A stretch of 64,000 bases of DNA from Cyanidioschyzon merolae (taxonomy: Eukaryota): the NCBI GenBank assembly GCA_000091205.1, contig AP006495.2, one strand, 5' to 3'. A program made the position numbers and the translations under genes. Position 1 is the stretch's first letter; the number at the start of each line of letters is the position of its first letter. A model generated the notes under the pieces. That model saw only the letters and a list, made by a program, of their open reading frames with translations, was not told the origin of the DNA and searched no databases. Of this stretch, positions 22,305 through 34,100 are shown piece after piece.

Positions 22305-23504
22305 CTATGCCTTCGATGGACAGAGCACGAATCGCTCCAAGGCAGCGGCGACGGCAGCCTCATCGTTCGTCTCTTCGAGAACGACATCGGCAACCTTCTT
22401 GAGTTGCGGCAAGGCGTTTCCAACTGCGACACCCAGGCCCACATTTCGGATCATTTCGATATCGTTCTCGGCATCACCTATTGCGAGCACTTCAGACGGC
22501 AATATGCCGAGGTGATGGAGTAGGCGCTGCAGGCCGTTCCCCTTGTTGGCATCCAGTGGCAAGACCTCCAGCATTTCCGGACAGGCCTGGACGCAGCGGC
22601 CTCGAGGCGACGGTCGCATATCCGTCTCGACGGCTTTGCAGGGATTTCGTTCTGCTGGGGTCCAGTTCATCGATTTCGGTGCCCCGTTTCCGGTGTCATC
22701 CTGCATCTTTGTGTTGTAACCTCCGTCCGAAATTGCGGCTGATCCGCTGTTTTGTCCCATGGCGTCCTCAACAAGCGGACGCAGCTCGCGAATCCTCTCC
22801 ACCGTATCCACAAAGAGCATCTTGTGAATGGGTAGTTCTTGTTCTGGCCGGGCAAGAATACGCTCCCAAACTTCACCGAAAGAATCGTCGGGCGCGGGCT
22901 CATGATAGGCAATCAGAAGCTCGGTGTACTCATTGCGCTTTTCACAGATAATCCGGTCGCCAGAGTAGGCCACGAGACTCCCGAACCGAAGCTGGCGCTG
23001 GATGCGTACCAGCTCCCGGGCGGTTTCGCGCGGCAGCGTTCGCTGATAGACGAGCTCACCCTCGAGGCCGTGCACCACAAGGCCCTGTATATATACTCCA
23101 GGCGCACCGTGTCTACCGTTTGACGTCAGATGTTTCGCGAGCGGTCCAATAGACGCCATTGCACCGGCCCGAGACTTTCCAGTTGCTGGAAGAAACAAGA
23201 TTCCGCGCTGCATACAGTCGAGCACCGTCTCGATATTTCGCTTCGGCGCTGAGTGATCCCTGGCGAGAAAAGTCCCGTCCATATCCGAAGCGATTGCACG
23301 AATCTTTGGTTTCGGGCTCGGCCCGTTCGCAAACTCTAGTCCGCGCTGCTGGGGCGCGTTCGCTGCGGACGCCACGAGCCACCGGTGACCGTTAGGACGC
23401 AACAACCGCCCATTGCATCCAACATAGTTGGAAGTGCATGTTTTAGGGGGGTTCAAAGCTCGGAGACGGATCTGCCCACAGAAGCAGCTGCTGGCGCTCG
23501 CCAT
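22305..23504 (-). CDS. HAD-superfamily Cof-type (IIB) phosphatase/hydrolase with an N-terminal extension
   Basis: HAD motif I 'IRAIASDMDGTFL' and motif IV region 'LAIGDAENDIEMIRNVGLGVAVGNA'. About 70 aa lie upstream of motif I. Confidence 0.75.
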   Translation of the reverse strand: MASASSCFCGQIRLRALNPPKTCTSNYVGCNGRLLRPNGHRWLVASAANAPQQRGLEFANGPSPKPKIRAIASDMDGTFLARDHSAPKRNIETVLDCMQRGILFLPATGKSRAGAMASIGPLAKHLTSNGRHGAPGVYIQGLVVHGLEGELVYQRTLPRETARELVRIQRQLRFGSLVAYSGDRIICEKRNEYTELLIAYHEPAPDDSFGEVWERILARPEQELPIHKMLFVDTVERIRELRPLVEDAMGQNSGSAAISDGGYNTKMQDDTGNGAPKSMNWTPAERNPCKAVETDMRPSPRGRCVQACPEMLEVLPLDANKGNGLQRLLHHLGILPSEVLAIGDAENDIEMIRNVGLGVAVGNALPQLKKVADVVLEETNDEAAVAAALERFVLCPSKA

Positions 23505-24722
23505 TGAGGCAAGTTGACCGCCTCTGGTGCAGCAAACGGATGCGTCCGTCGTTCTAGAGCGTCTGCACTACCGCAAACTGCCCTGCGAAGCGATTCAGCA
23601 CTATGGCCAACCAAGACGCGGCAATGGAAATCTCAGCGAGCTGAACCACAAGCTATACGCTGCTTTCTTGTTCACAAGGCTTTTTGTCACGCAGTCGTGT
23701 TCGTTCCTGCGTCCACGGCTGTGCAGCACCCGCTGGCTCAAGACAGTGCGCCGGTCGTAGCGGGCGTATCTAGCCGGGTAACGATCGCCTGCTGGTGCAA
23801 GTGAGAAGGAGGATGAGGCTGTTTTTCGAGCGAGCTGTGCGTCTTCAAAGCGCTAGGCGCTCTTCTTGAAATGGTTTATCACAATGCAATGGGGGACCAG
23901 GGCCAAGAACGCCACCACTTCACCCGCTGTTTGGGTATCTGGCGCCTCGGTGACGTTCCGGGCAGCGTCAAGAGTCTTCGCTCGGTTGCAAAGGTTTTTT
24001 TTCTGAAAATGGACACGACGGACGCTTTGCACGTTGGAATGTAACTATAAAGCTGAGCGTAAGGGCTGTGGTCGGTGACAGCTCGTTCCCAAAGCTGTTG
24101 AAGCCTCCTCCAGAGCTTTCTCGTGGCTTTACAATATTGGCAGGGCAAACGCTTGAGGGCGTGCTCCACGCACACGCGCAGAACTGCGTTGCAGTGCGCC
24201 TAGAAAGCAGTTTCCACTAGTCAAATTGCCTCTCCGGTTTAGGGGGAACGAAGACCAGGGCGGGCTGCCTCTGGAAGCCAAGCAGGAGCGTCTGCAGCTT
24301 TGGTGCACTGGCGCTTGCCGAGCAAAGCACGAGTCCTCCACTGCCGCCCGGGAAATACTGAGCGCTACCACTGAACGACTAAAGACCGTAACTGGAAGCA
24401 TGTTGCCTGTTTGATCAGACGGGTGTTTTAATTCGAGTTTGGGCGTAACTGAGAATGCCGCACCTCTCCAAAGAAAATGCAGTCCATGACTTGGAACGAA
24501 AACTTTGCAAAGCCCTGAGGACGCAAGTCCTCAGGGCGCCTCAAAACTAGCCCAGAAAACCAATTTATTCGTATTCCTTCGGCTTCAGGAGCATGAAACC
24601 TCTCTTTATAAATCGCGAAGCCGTCAACAGCAGCAAAAAGCGAAGCACGCAAAACCCCGGGGATTTGGCTACGACTCCATGAGCGCCCCGGTTTCACAGA
24701 GTCTACATCCTCAGACACTGAC

Positions 24723-25991
24723 TCAAGCGACTCGAGATACCGCGCTCTCCTGGAGCGCTTCCAGAATTTTGTCGCCTATCTCCGAGCAGTTGCATAGTCG
24801 CTTACCGGCCGACATGATATCTGCAGTTCGGTAGCCCTGATCCAGAACATTCGTGATCGCCAGCTCGATCGCATCGGCCATGTCGGGTCGATTGAGGCTG
24901 TAGCGGAGCATCAGCGTCGCAGACAAAATACATGCCATTGGATTCGCCTTATTCTGGCCAGCAATGTCCGGGGCAGAACCATGAATGGGTTCGTAGATGG
25001 CAGGGAATGTGCCGTCCCCGAGGCTTGCGCTGGGTAGCATTCCCAATGAACCAGAAATCATGCTTGCCTCGTCGGAAAGAATGTCACCGAACATGTTGCC
25101 CGTAAGGACGACGTCAAACTGTTTTGGATAACGCACCAACTGCATAGCGGCGTTGTCCACGTACATGCTTGAAAATTCCACATCCGGATACGACGCAGCC
25201 ATGGTACTTACTCTGCTGCGCCACAACATGCTTGTCTCCAAGACATTGGCCTTGTCGACGGAGCAGAGCTTCCGTCGCGGTCGAGTCATAGCCAACTCAA
25301 AGGCGACTTTGGCCACGCGATCGATTTCCGATTCGCGATACAGCATGGTGTTGAATGCTTCGCGCTCACCATTTCCCTCTGGAATAAATTCGATGCCTCG
25401 CGGCTCGCCAAAGTAGACGTCACCGGTGAGCTCGCGAACAATGATCAGGTCGACTCCAGCCACGAGCTCACTTTTCAAGGGCGATGCGTCAAGCAGTTGA
25501 GAAAACGTTCTGACCGGACGCAGGTTTGCAAACGCTTCTAGCTCTTTTCGCAGCCTCAGCAGGCCAGCTTCGGGCCTCTGTTTGCTGGATAGATTATCCC
25601 ACTTTGGACCACCTACGCAAGCGAGTAGCACAGCCTCTGCGCGGCGGCACAGAGACAGCGTCTCTACTGGGAGCGGGTCCCCGGCGGCGTCGATCGCTGC
25701 CCCGCCAATAGGTGCCTCGAGAAACTCCCACTCGACATCAAAGCGCCGCCCGGCCGTTCGCAAAACCTCAAGCGTCACGTTCATAATCTCTGGCCCGATG
25801 CCGTCACCAGGCAGGACGGCGATCCGGTGCCGGGCGACCTTCGCAACTAGGCACGTCCGGCGAGGAGCTCTCCGCCGCGTCGGCGCCCTGGATGCGGGAC
25901 AGTTCTTGACAAGTTTCTGGAAACGCTGCTCCCTTGAATAAGAGACATTTTTTGGAAAGGTATTCACGAAGCACGTTGCGCTGAATGACAT
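24723..25991 (-). CDS. leuB: 3-isopropylmalate dehydrogenase (leucine biosynthesis) with a presequence-like N-terminal extension
   Basis: '[14 protein letters not shown]', 'NLRPV', '[14 protein letters not shown]', '[13 protein letters not shown]', '[25 protein letters not shown]' and '[23 protein letters not shown]' are canonical IPMDH blocks. A ~45-aa basic, Ser/Thr/Arg-rich N-terminus precedes them. Confidence 0.9.
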   Translation of the reverse strand: MSFSATCFVNTFPKNVSYSREQRFQKLVKNCPASRAPTRRRAPRRTCLVAKVARHRIAVLPGDGIGPEIMNVTLEVLRTAGRRFDVEWEFLEAPIGGAAIDAAGDPLPVETLSLCRRAEAVLLACVGGPKWDNLSSKQRPEAGLLRLRKELEAFANLRPVRTFSQLLDASPLKSELVAGVDLIIVRELTGDVYFGEPRGIEFIPEGNGEREAFNTMLYRESEIDRVAKVAFELAMTRPRRKLCSVDKANVLETSMLWRSRVSTMAASYPDVEFSSMYVDNAAMQLVRYPKQFDVVLTGNMFGDILSDEASMISGSLGMLPSASLGDGTFPAIYEPIHGSAPDIAGQNKANPMACILSATLMLRYSLNRPDMADAIELAITNVLDQGYRTADIMSAGKRLCNCSEIGDKILEALQESAVSRVA

Positions 25992-26404
25992 ATGCTCTAT
26001 CCTAGGTAGAACGCAGCGTTATGGGAGTAGGCACACGGATACAGCGTCGACACTAGTGCAGAGCTCAGTGGCTGCGTCTTCTGAGGGCCGTGCGCTGCGT
26101 CGGTGCACCGGGGCCATCTGTGCGCGCTGAGAAAGACCCGCTGATCGGCACCGGCAATGCAGGCACAGAAGGCAGCGTTCTCGCTGGGAGACTCGTTCGA
26201 ACAGCTTCAACGTGTTGGACCAGGTTTTCCTTATGAACAGCTTTTGTCCAGGTTCTAGTGCAAACCATGGATAGCTATGATACGTAATCTGCGGGCCGTG
26301 ACATATGGGAATCTTCGAAAGTACGGTTCGTAGTAAACGATAGCAAGAATCAGCCGGTGTGATATGCGAGGGACACCCTCGGCACAAAATTACGGCCTTC
26401 GACC

Positions 26405-27000
26405 ACAAAATTGTTCCACCTTCAGGTGAGTTTCATCAAGTGCGTTTTCGCGGTGTATAGCAGACGCGTTCCAAGTGAGTTCACTCTAAGAAATAGAAAA
26501 TCCATAGGAGAGATATGGGCGAAGAAGTCGGGGATCTGCTAGGATCGGCATCGCCGGCTGCAGGAAAAACACGAAGAAATCCTCTTTTCGCTGACCATGG
26601 GGCGAACAAGAACAACGACAAGAGCGACGATACTCGAGGGAAGGTGTTTGCCCAACGAGATGATGACGAGATTGTAGTGGCATATATGGCACGAGTATTA
26701 GGAATTTTTGCGCCTGTGAATTCAGTCAGCGTCAATGCACGTATGGAGTTTGTGACCCGACACTTCAACGACGCTATTGGTATCAGACGATGTATGGTGC
26801 TAAAGACGAGACCCTAGGACCTGCCACGATCCATCTTTGTGGGGCAGCCTCTCAGGCTCGTAGTGTGTGAGCAGAAACTGAAACGGATTGCAGGCGGTCT
26901 GTCATAAAAAGGCTGGGTGGCGTCTGTGAGTGGGTATGTTTATTCACTTTGTGTTCGTGGGAATGTTTCCGTTTCACTGACTGTCTTGGACCAGACATCA
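26405..27000 (+). mobile_element. TnpB/Fanzor-like element, 5'-truncated copy B (3' module)
   Basis: The mini-ORF 26515..26817 reads '...RGKVFAQRDDDEIVVAYMARVLGIFAPVNSVSVNARMEFVTRHFNDAIGIRRCMVLKTRP'. The 5' boundary block 'ttgttccaccttcaggtgagtttcatcaagtgcgttttcgcggtgtatagcagacgcgttccaag' and the 3' tail 'gcagcctctcaggctcg...attgcaggcgg...aaaaaggctgggtggcgtctgtgagtgggtat...tgtgttcgtgggaatgtttccgtttc' are both shared with the other copies. Confidence 0.6.
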
Positions 27001-27762
27001 TCCTGGGTGCTCGCATTGCGCTTCGAAAGGCCATATGACGTGATGGGGTCACGGCACCGCGGAGCACTGGCACGTCCACTCGACGACAGCCACTTGGGAC
27101 GGTGCGCCCTGACTCGGCCTCCACAGAGAGACACCCCGGTGCTGCCGCATCGCCCTGCATCGACAGCGGCGGCATGCAGATCGCCCCAGCCAGCGTCGCT
27201 GTGTGTGGATCGTCGCGCATGCTCGGATCGCGCGATCCGCTCGCCTTCAATGCGACAGGTGCTCCAACGCTTTGCCACGTGTCCGTTGCTGAATGCGTGC
27301 AGTCGCTATCGCCGTCACGCATGGGCCATGCACGCACGCACGCATGCACGCACGCGGGCGTATGGCGGTATTGAGGCGTGTGCATTGGCGGGCGCTCTTT
27401 CTGGCACTGCAGCCGGGTCCAGCGACAGGCACGTGGCTCAGGGAGCAAGTAGTAACGCCTCACCAGCATCGAGCTTGCGACGTGCAGGAGTGTACGCGGT
27501 GCATCGATGGAGACACGCCTACGGACACGTGTACGACATTGGACTCTGGCAGTGAGCTGGCCTAGTCGGAATGCACTGACGGAGAGATGCAAATGCACAC
27601 CTATAAAGCATGGATTTCGGCAAGCAACCAGGAGCATTTACAGTACACCACCCGAAAGATCCATGCAAGCAAACATTTCGCAGATACTCTGGGCGGCAAC
27701 CAGGAAAACTGGACGTACACACATCCAGATCATACACACAGACCTGCGTCCCGCCCAAGGCC

Positions 27763-29469
27763 CTAGCTCGAGACCTCCGCCGAGTCGCCACCGCTGAGCC
27801 AGCGCGTGTGCCACCGCCGCCCCGGATCGTCCAGACGCTCGTAGCCGTGCGAGCCGAAGCAATCCCGCTGGGCCTGAACCAGCTGGCTTGAGCGCAGCAC
27901 CGCCTGTCGATACGTGTCGTAGTACGAAAGGCTCGCGGTCAGCGCCGGCGCCGGCACACCCAGCGATGCCGCCAGCCCGACAACACGCCTCCAGCTCTCG
28001 TGGCGACGTCCAATCTCCGCAGCCAGGTCAGCGTCCAGCAGCAGATTCGGCAGGCTGGGGTCTCGTCGAAAAGCGCCCTCGATCCGCTCAAGCAGCTGTG
28101 CCCGAATAATGCAGCCGCCCTTCCAGATGCGCGCAAGCTCCCCGAGATCCAGCGACCAGCCCTGCTCACCGCTCGCTCGCTGCAGCAGACTGAGACCCTG
28201 CGCGTAGCTACAGAGCTTGCTGCAGAAGAGTGCGTCCTCAATAGCAGCGATCAATGCTCGCTCCGCCGATGCATCCGAACGCGACGTCGACGCCGACGCT
28301 CGTACAGAGCCAGACGCTAGGGCGGCGACACGCTCGGGAGCTGTGTCCGGTCCAGTTTCAGCTACAGCGCCAGCGGCTCCGGGTGAGGCACCGGCGGCCG
28401 CCAACTCGGAGGCGTGCCCCGTACCCGAGAGCCGCTCGGGTCCGCGGAGCACCCGCGACGCACGCTCGCGCTCGTCCTTCCGCGCTGAGAGGTAGCGCCC
28501 GTCGAGCGCGGCAGCGATGGTCGGCACCGCCACGCCCCGCCGCAGTGCCTCCGTCATCGTCCACAGGCCAGTGCCCTTGCTCTCACTCCGGTCGAGGATT
28601 TGGTCTACGAGCGCTGGCGCCGACGCTGCCGACGAAGACGTGTCAGGCACGCGTAGAATGCGCGCGGTAATCTCCACGAGGAAGCTTTGCAGGGCGCCCG
28701 CGTTCCACGAGGCAAACACTTCCGCAGCCGCCATCGCATCCAAGCCAACGGCACCCCGAAGCAGGTCGTATGCCTCGCCGATCAGCTGCATATCGCCGTA
28801 CTCGATCCCGTTGTGCACCATCTTCACATAGTTCCCCGAGCCGCCCGGCCCAATGTAGGTAACGCACGGCCCAGAGCCGGGCACCTGCGCCGCAACCTGC
28901 TCCAGCAGCGGCGCAAGCTGCTGGTACGCCTCCCGTGAACCGCCCGGCATCAGGGAAGGCCCGTAGCGCGCACCCTCCTCGCCACCGCTTACGCCCATGC
29001 CTACGTACAGGAGGCCGCGTGCCGCGACAGACGCAGCACGTCGCTCCGTATTCTCGTACCACTCGTTGCCGCCGTCCACGATGATGTCGCCCGGCTCCAG
29101 AACCTCAGCCAGCGCCTCGACGGTTGCGTCGACTGCGCTCCCCGCCTTCACCAGCAGGAATACCCGCCGCGGACGCTTCAGCGAAAGCACAAACGACCGC
29201 AGGTCCGCAAAGCCGGTAACGCTCCCGCTGGCTGTCGTGTCATCTGCCGCGAGCTCCCGCTGCGCCCGCTCAACAGTCTCCGCCGTCCGCGCATACGTTC
29301 GATTGTACACAGAGACTCGCCAGCCGTGCGACGCTAGGTTCAGTGCAAAGTTCTGACCCATGACCGCAAGGCCAATGACACCCGCGTCCGATATTGCGCG
29401 ACCTGCAGGATGTGACGACGCGCTTTCCCGGACAGCACTCGACGGAGACGAGCCCTCCGTCGCAGACAT
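27763..29469 (-). CDS. gnd: 6-phosphogluconate dehydrogenase (decarboxylating). The ORF extends upstream to 29742, which could be a presequence or 5' leader.
   Basis: The Rossmann N-terminus 'IGLAVMGQNFALNLASHGWRVSVYNRT' and the whole downstream sequence are typical of 6PGDH. The start is chosen at 'MSATEG' (Met92 of the 659-aa ORF). The upstream 91 aa are Arg/Ala/Trp-rich and presequence-like. Confidence 0.85.
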   Translation of the reverse strand: MSATEGSSPSSAVRESASSHPAGRAISDAGVIGLAVMGQNFALNLASHGWRVSVYNRTYARTAETVERAQRELAADDTTASGSVTGFADLRSFVLSLKRPRRVFLLVKAGSAVDATVEALAEVLEPGDIIVDGGNEWYENTERRAASVAARGLLYVGMGVSGGEEGARYGPSLMPGGSREAYQQLAPLLEQVAAQVPGSGPCVTYIGPGGSGNYVKMVHNGIEYGDMQLIGEAYDLLRGAVGLDAMAAAEVFASWNAGALQSFLVEITARILRVPDTSSSAASAPALVDQILDRSESKGTGLWTMTEALRRGVAVPTIAAALDGRYLSARKDERERASRVLRGPERLSGTGHASELAAAGASPGAAGAVAETGPDTAPERVAALASGSVRASASTSRSDASAERALIAAIEDALFCSKLCSYAQGLSLLQRASGEQGWSLDLGELARIWKGGCIIRAQLLERIEGAFRRDPSLPNLLLDADLAAEIGRRHESWRRVVGLAASLGVPAPALTASLSYYDTYRQAVLRSSQLVQAQRDCFGSHGYERLDDPGRRWHTRWLSGGDSAEVSS

Positions 29470-30030
29470 GACGGCAGCACCACATACTTGTGCGCGGCGG
29501 CCTCGGAGCAGGCACCAGCGAGCGCTTCGGACCAAGCTCAGGCTCCATGTCGGGTACGTACGCCTGGGTGTCCAGGAGTGCGCACGCGGAGGCGCCCAGC
29601 GTCCGAAGCGCACCGCAGCGACAGGTGCGGCGGCCCAGCACAGCGCCCCGCCACTGGGACTCCGGCGAGTGCCCGCTGTCGTCGCCATCCTTGAGGCGAT
29701 CCACAGGTAGTTTGCGTGACCGAGGGCGGCCGGCCTGTTCACCGGGTGCGCCTCCTCGGTCTGCCGCGCTCTAGACGGGGCAGCGCGCAGCGACTGGCCG
29801 TCTGGTGCTGCTTCCGGGACTCCTCAGCTGCCGATCCTGTGCCCCGGCGCGAGCACTCGGCGACTTGACGTCAGGTGCTCGCTCAAGTCTCTCACGGTCA
29901 CTACGACAACACGCACGCTCAAAAGCTGAGCACAGCGAAAAACAAAACCGATCCGCGATGCACGGGGGTGCTGCAGATCGATGCAGTCCGCGTCACGAGT
30001 TCTCGCAGTTGCACGAATACCACCGACAAT

Positions 30031-30066
30031 AACAGCAGCAGCAGCAGCAACAGCAGCAGCAAGCAA
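30031..30066. repeat. (CAG)n microsatellite
   Basis: 'cagcagcagcagcagcaacagcagcagcaagcaacg'. The poly-Leu/poly-Ser ORFs across it are artefacts. Confidence 0.9.
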
Positions 30067-31140
30067 CGCAACGTACTCGGTCCACAAACAGCCGCAGTCA
30101 GCGACGAATGAGCGGCTCGCTCAGTAGCTCGCAACTGCAGCTCCAGTACGAGTACGCAACGGATCGCAGACAGCCGCCACGAGGCCGCAGCGCTACGCAC
30201 AGCGCGCGACGCACCGTCAAGCGCTATCCTGCACTGGCGGCCGTCGCCGCAACGCAGGCGGATCGAATGCGCACGGGTATATATATGAATATGGAACCTC
30301 AATCATCACTTGCGTTCAAACCATAGCTGGAAACACCGCGTCCCATCTCGAATCGCGAAGTTAAGCAGCATTGGGCTCTCTGAGTACTGTGATGAGGGAT
30401 CGCACGGGAAACGGGAGTGACGCAAGTTCGCTTTTGCCACCACGTCGCGGTGACCTGTTCTAAAGCGCGCAGCAGCAGACGCGAGCCGGGTATTCTGGCG
30501 GGGAAGCACTGTGAGGCCGGCTTGCTCCGGAATACACTTGCAACCGGTGGTCCAGATCGACGACGATAACGAGTGGGTAACTGCGGAGGCCTGGTTGCAC
30601 AGAGCGATCTCGCCGCACTACGAACCGCAACACCTGCCGATATTCTGGAGGAGGCGCGATCGCCCCCGCACGACGAACCCCGTAGCACCCAGAGGGAGTA
30701 CGCACCCGCGCTACACCATGAATGCTAAAAAGGGCGGCAGGGCAGGGGCTGTCGCCCCGAACGCGTATTGCAGACAAACTAGCGCGTCACGTTCCGGTGC
30801 GTCGCGTTCTAGTCCGTCGCACAGCAACAGGAGCACTGGAAAAGATCATAAGCCAGCATGCTACCGTGCAGCGCACTGCACCGCCTTCGCTTTACGTCAT
30901 ACGGAACTAGACAGGAAAGTTGCCACCACGCCAGCCACGACTCCATCGATGCGAGCATCGCGCGTGCGCACGCGTGCCCGTCGCATCGACCCCTAAGCCG
31001 CCGTGTACAGAACACAACTGCCTCCGTTCGTCGCGAATCCGCAGCAACCTTCCCTCTGGCACAGAAAAACACATCGTGTGCATCACAGACGCCGGTGACA
31101 AGGCCGCGTATAGCACCAACGAACTCGCCACGAATCCGCA

Positions 31141-34100
31141 TCAGCATTGTTTGCGAGTATCTCGCGCCACGGTCCATTCCGGGATCGAGGCATTCAACGC
31201 CGTCGCCGGGGATGCGCCCAGAGTCGCCGTGCTCGAGAGCGCCTCGCGTCGTGCAACTAAATTCAAGCGCTCTGCGAAAAGCTCCTTCCGGTAAATCTCT
31301 ACCTGCTCCCGCTCCCGAAGGAACTCCTCTTCGAGCTGCTCAAGTACGTTCATCTTTTCTTCGAGTTTCCTCACCTGAGTCTCGATCGCCTGTTCAGTAG
31401 CCCGGTGCAGCTCTAGATGCTCAATGGCGGCGAGCTCCGCGGCCCGAGTGGCCGCAGCGCCAAGCGCCGTTGCCGCAACGGCCTGGATTGCATTCGCATC
31501 CGCAAGCGCTTCCGGTGGTGCGTCGCTTTTCATGATCGCTGCCAACGCGGCCCGGGCAGCAGCAGCAGCGACATCCGGCGAGACGCTGTTCGCGAGAAAC
31601 GCAATATGCGCCATCAAGGGGTTTCCGGCGTCGGCGAAGAGCGGCGGCTCGTTTCGTTCGGTCTGCACCGTCTCGCCAGCTACAGCGGGTACCGCTAAAC
31701 GACTCAAATCATCCTCGAGAAACGGATCTTCAATGGGTAGACGAATGAATTTGGTGATGCACGCATCGCGGGAACGAGTGCCAACGTGCTGAGCAACCGC
31801 ATCCCAGTCATCACCGTATGCCTCGATTCCTTCGAGAAGCTGCAGCACCTCAACATCAGTCCAGTCGTCCGTGCTCGGAGCTGTGAGGGTTCCAGTGGCG
31901 CTAGCCGCCGACCCCAGCGATAGAACAGGTCTTAATTCGATGAAATCTTTTCCATTGAAGTCCTCGGGAAACTTGCCCTGATGGTAGCATTCGGGGCACA
32001 GGTCCATATCGGCCTTGAGCAAACAGTGGTACCGGCGTTGGGAGCAGTCTCTCCCGCACACGTCACACTGGTACTCAATGGCTGCCGCTGCGGCATATAA
32101 TTCACGGCGCGTTGCCATGGGCGCCAGATGCATGCGCGATTTCGGAATACGCGACCCGTCGTCAAACAAGAATATGCGAGGAAGTCCGCCCTCAAGACCA
32201 GCTGAGCTTGCTGCCAGGCTTCCCGAGCTGGTGGAGATAAGCGTCGCACCGGAACCCGAAAACCCGCCGCTAACAGTCTGTGGGCGCGTCTCGGGTGCCA
32301 CTCCGTAGTTAATCAGGCCCCACTGCTCCAGAAAGGCGTGCACACGCATGACGGCACCCACATCGCCAGCGAGATGCCTCCGAACAGCTGTGCCTGTTAG
32401 GTAGCGGGTCGGATCCTGCCGCCACGTGTCAATCATAAAATTTCGGTAAAGCATGTATACTTCGGGCGTTTTCGAAGCAAATTTCCCAGAGAAAAACTCC
32501 GGCAACGCGCGTCGCTCAATGTCGTGAATCGCATCGATGCGAAACCATCGGCTGTGCGCGGGAACACGAATCGGCGACTTTTCACCAATCGCCGTGGCAG
32601 CAGCCGCAGCCGGAAGCGTTTCCCGCTCCGCGAGGCCACCGAGTGCCTCGGCGACGCGACGCGGTGCAAGCGATTCTCGATCACGTGGCGCGTGTGCTGC
32701 CGGCCCCGGAAGCGCATCCTCTTCGGCTGCCGCAGCGTCATTCCGCTCTTTTCGTCGTTCGCGTAATGCTTCTCGCTGCTGTGCTAACCTCTTCTGTAGC
32801 TGCTCATCCCGCGAAGATGCAGTTACATTGCGCATGCGCAGTGTCGCGTCATCTGGAACTAGCGGACGCACCGTTGGGCGTGAAATGCGCGGTGCAGCGC
32901 CGGCCGCAGCGCTTGGCTGCTCCGCATCGACCGCAGCGCAAGTCTCCGTTGTGAACGTGATCGGGCCAGCAATATTCGGTGCCGGAACTTGCTCCGCGGG
33001 TGCATTGCTCGAGCTTCCCGCGTCCTGGCTCGCTATCGGCGGTGCCAAGCGAACCTTGATCTTCATCGGCTCTGCGGATTCCTCTCGGACGGCGCGCACC
33101 GTCACCCGTTCTGGCGTGCCGTCTGGCTCCGGCTTCACGGGACTCGGTTCAGCGGATTTTCGTTTCGACGGCGTCGGTGCTGCGGTCTTCGACTCGGATC
33201 CTCGCAGGTGGCCATCGATGCGCGAGGCCGATGGCGGTTTCCACTCATCGACATTGAGCTTCTCCTCTTCGGGTATTACCTCATAGTCGTTTTCATTGCA
33301 CCACTCATTGAACTTTTCGCAATCCTCGAGAAATCTTTTCTGCACATGCCATATTTTGCCCTCAATCACTCCGGAGAGATTCTCCTCCTCTCCGTGCAGT
33401 TCGCCGTCGGGATCTTCTACCTCCTGAGCGGGAATCCATGAATCGTACGAATCGGGAAAGTACCACCAGTGCGTCAGTACTTGATTCCCTTTCCTTTTCA
33501 GACTCACGCAGTAGTCCTCTGCCTCGGTCTCAGCCTCTGTCGTGCCGGGTGGATCGGGGTACACAATATGTGTTGCCTCGCGAGGCGACGAAACGACGGA
33601 CGCACCATGCTTCCTTGCAATGGCGCTGAGGCGGTCAATCTCCGCCGAACCCAATGCCGGTGCGAAAAACAACCGCGGCATCTGGAGCTGTTTCCGTTTT
33701 ATCAGTTCCCGCTCAACTTCTTGGAGCATCTCTAAAAAAACTCCAGTCATATCGGGTTTGTGGAGATCAAAACGCCGTATTCCACGAGCAACCCTGAACC
33801 GAAAACAGCATTCGATAATTGTACGCAATGAGCCGTGTGCCGAGTAGTCGTGAAAGAGACGATTCGGCAGTTTCGTCATGAAACCCCGAATTTCTGGCGG
33901 CTCGACGGAGTTCCGTCCGAGAACCCGCTCTTGAAACTGAAGCAGGTTACCGGTCAGGAGGCTCAGCGCGCGCGGGGAGACGTCCACAGAGTCACCGGGT
34001 CGAAACCCCAGTTGTTCCGGCGATTCAGCGTTTAGCTGTGCCGAGATTGCCTCGAACTTCGCAATTTGATGAGGATCCTCGTAGTCTTTCATGGATATAT

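Noticed and set aside
21688-22515. 275-aa plus ORF upstream of and overlapping the HAD phosphatase gene
   Set aside because: Its 3' part is antisense to the well-supported HAD gene (22305..23504 -). The rest has no recognisable features.
26420-26460. 'cagGTGAGT...tatagCAG' at the 5' boundary of copies B and E interpreted as a ~40-nt intron joining an upstream exon to the mini-ORF
   Set aside because: In-frame stop codons (tga, taa, tag) lie between the putative acceptor and the mini-ORF ATG in copy B. No coding continuity exists, so it is treated as part of the conserved non-coding 5' block.
26852-27637. 261-aa minus ORF and 212-aa plus ORF (26917..27555) downstream of copy B
   Set aside because: They are long ORFs on both strands of a >65% GC, repeat-containing segment ((CACG)n). 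They have no homology and their codon usage is unlike that of the neighbouring genes.
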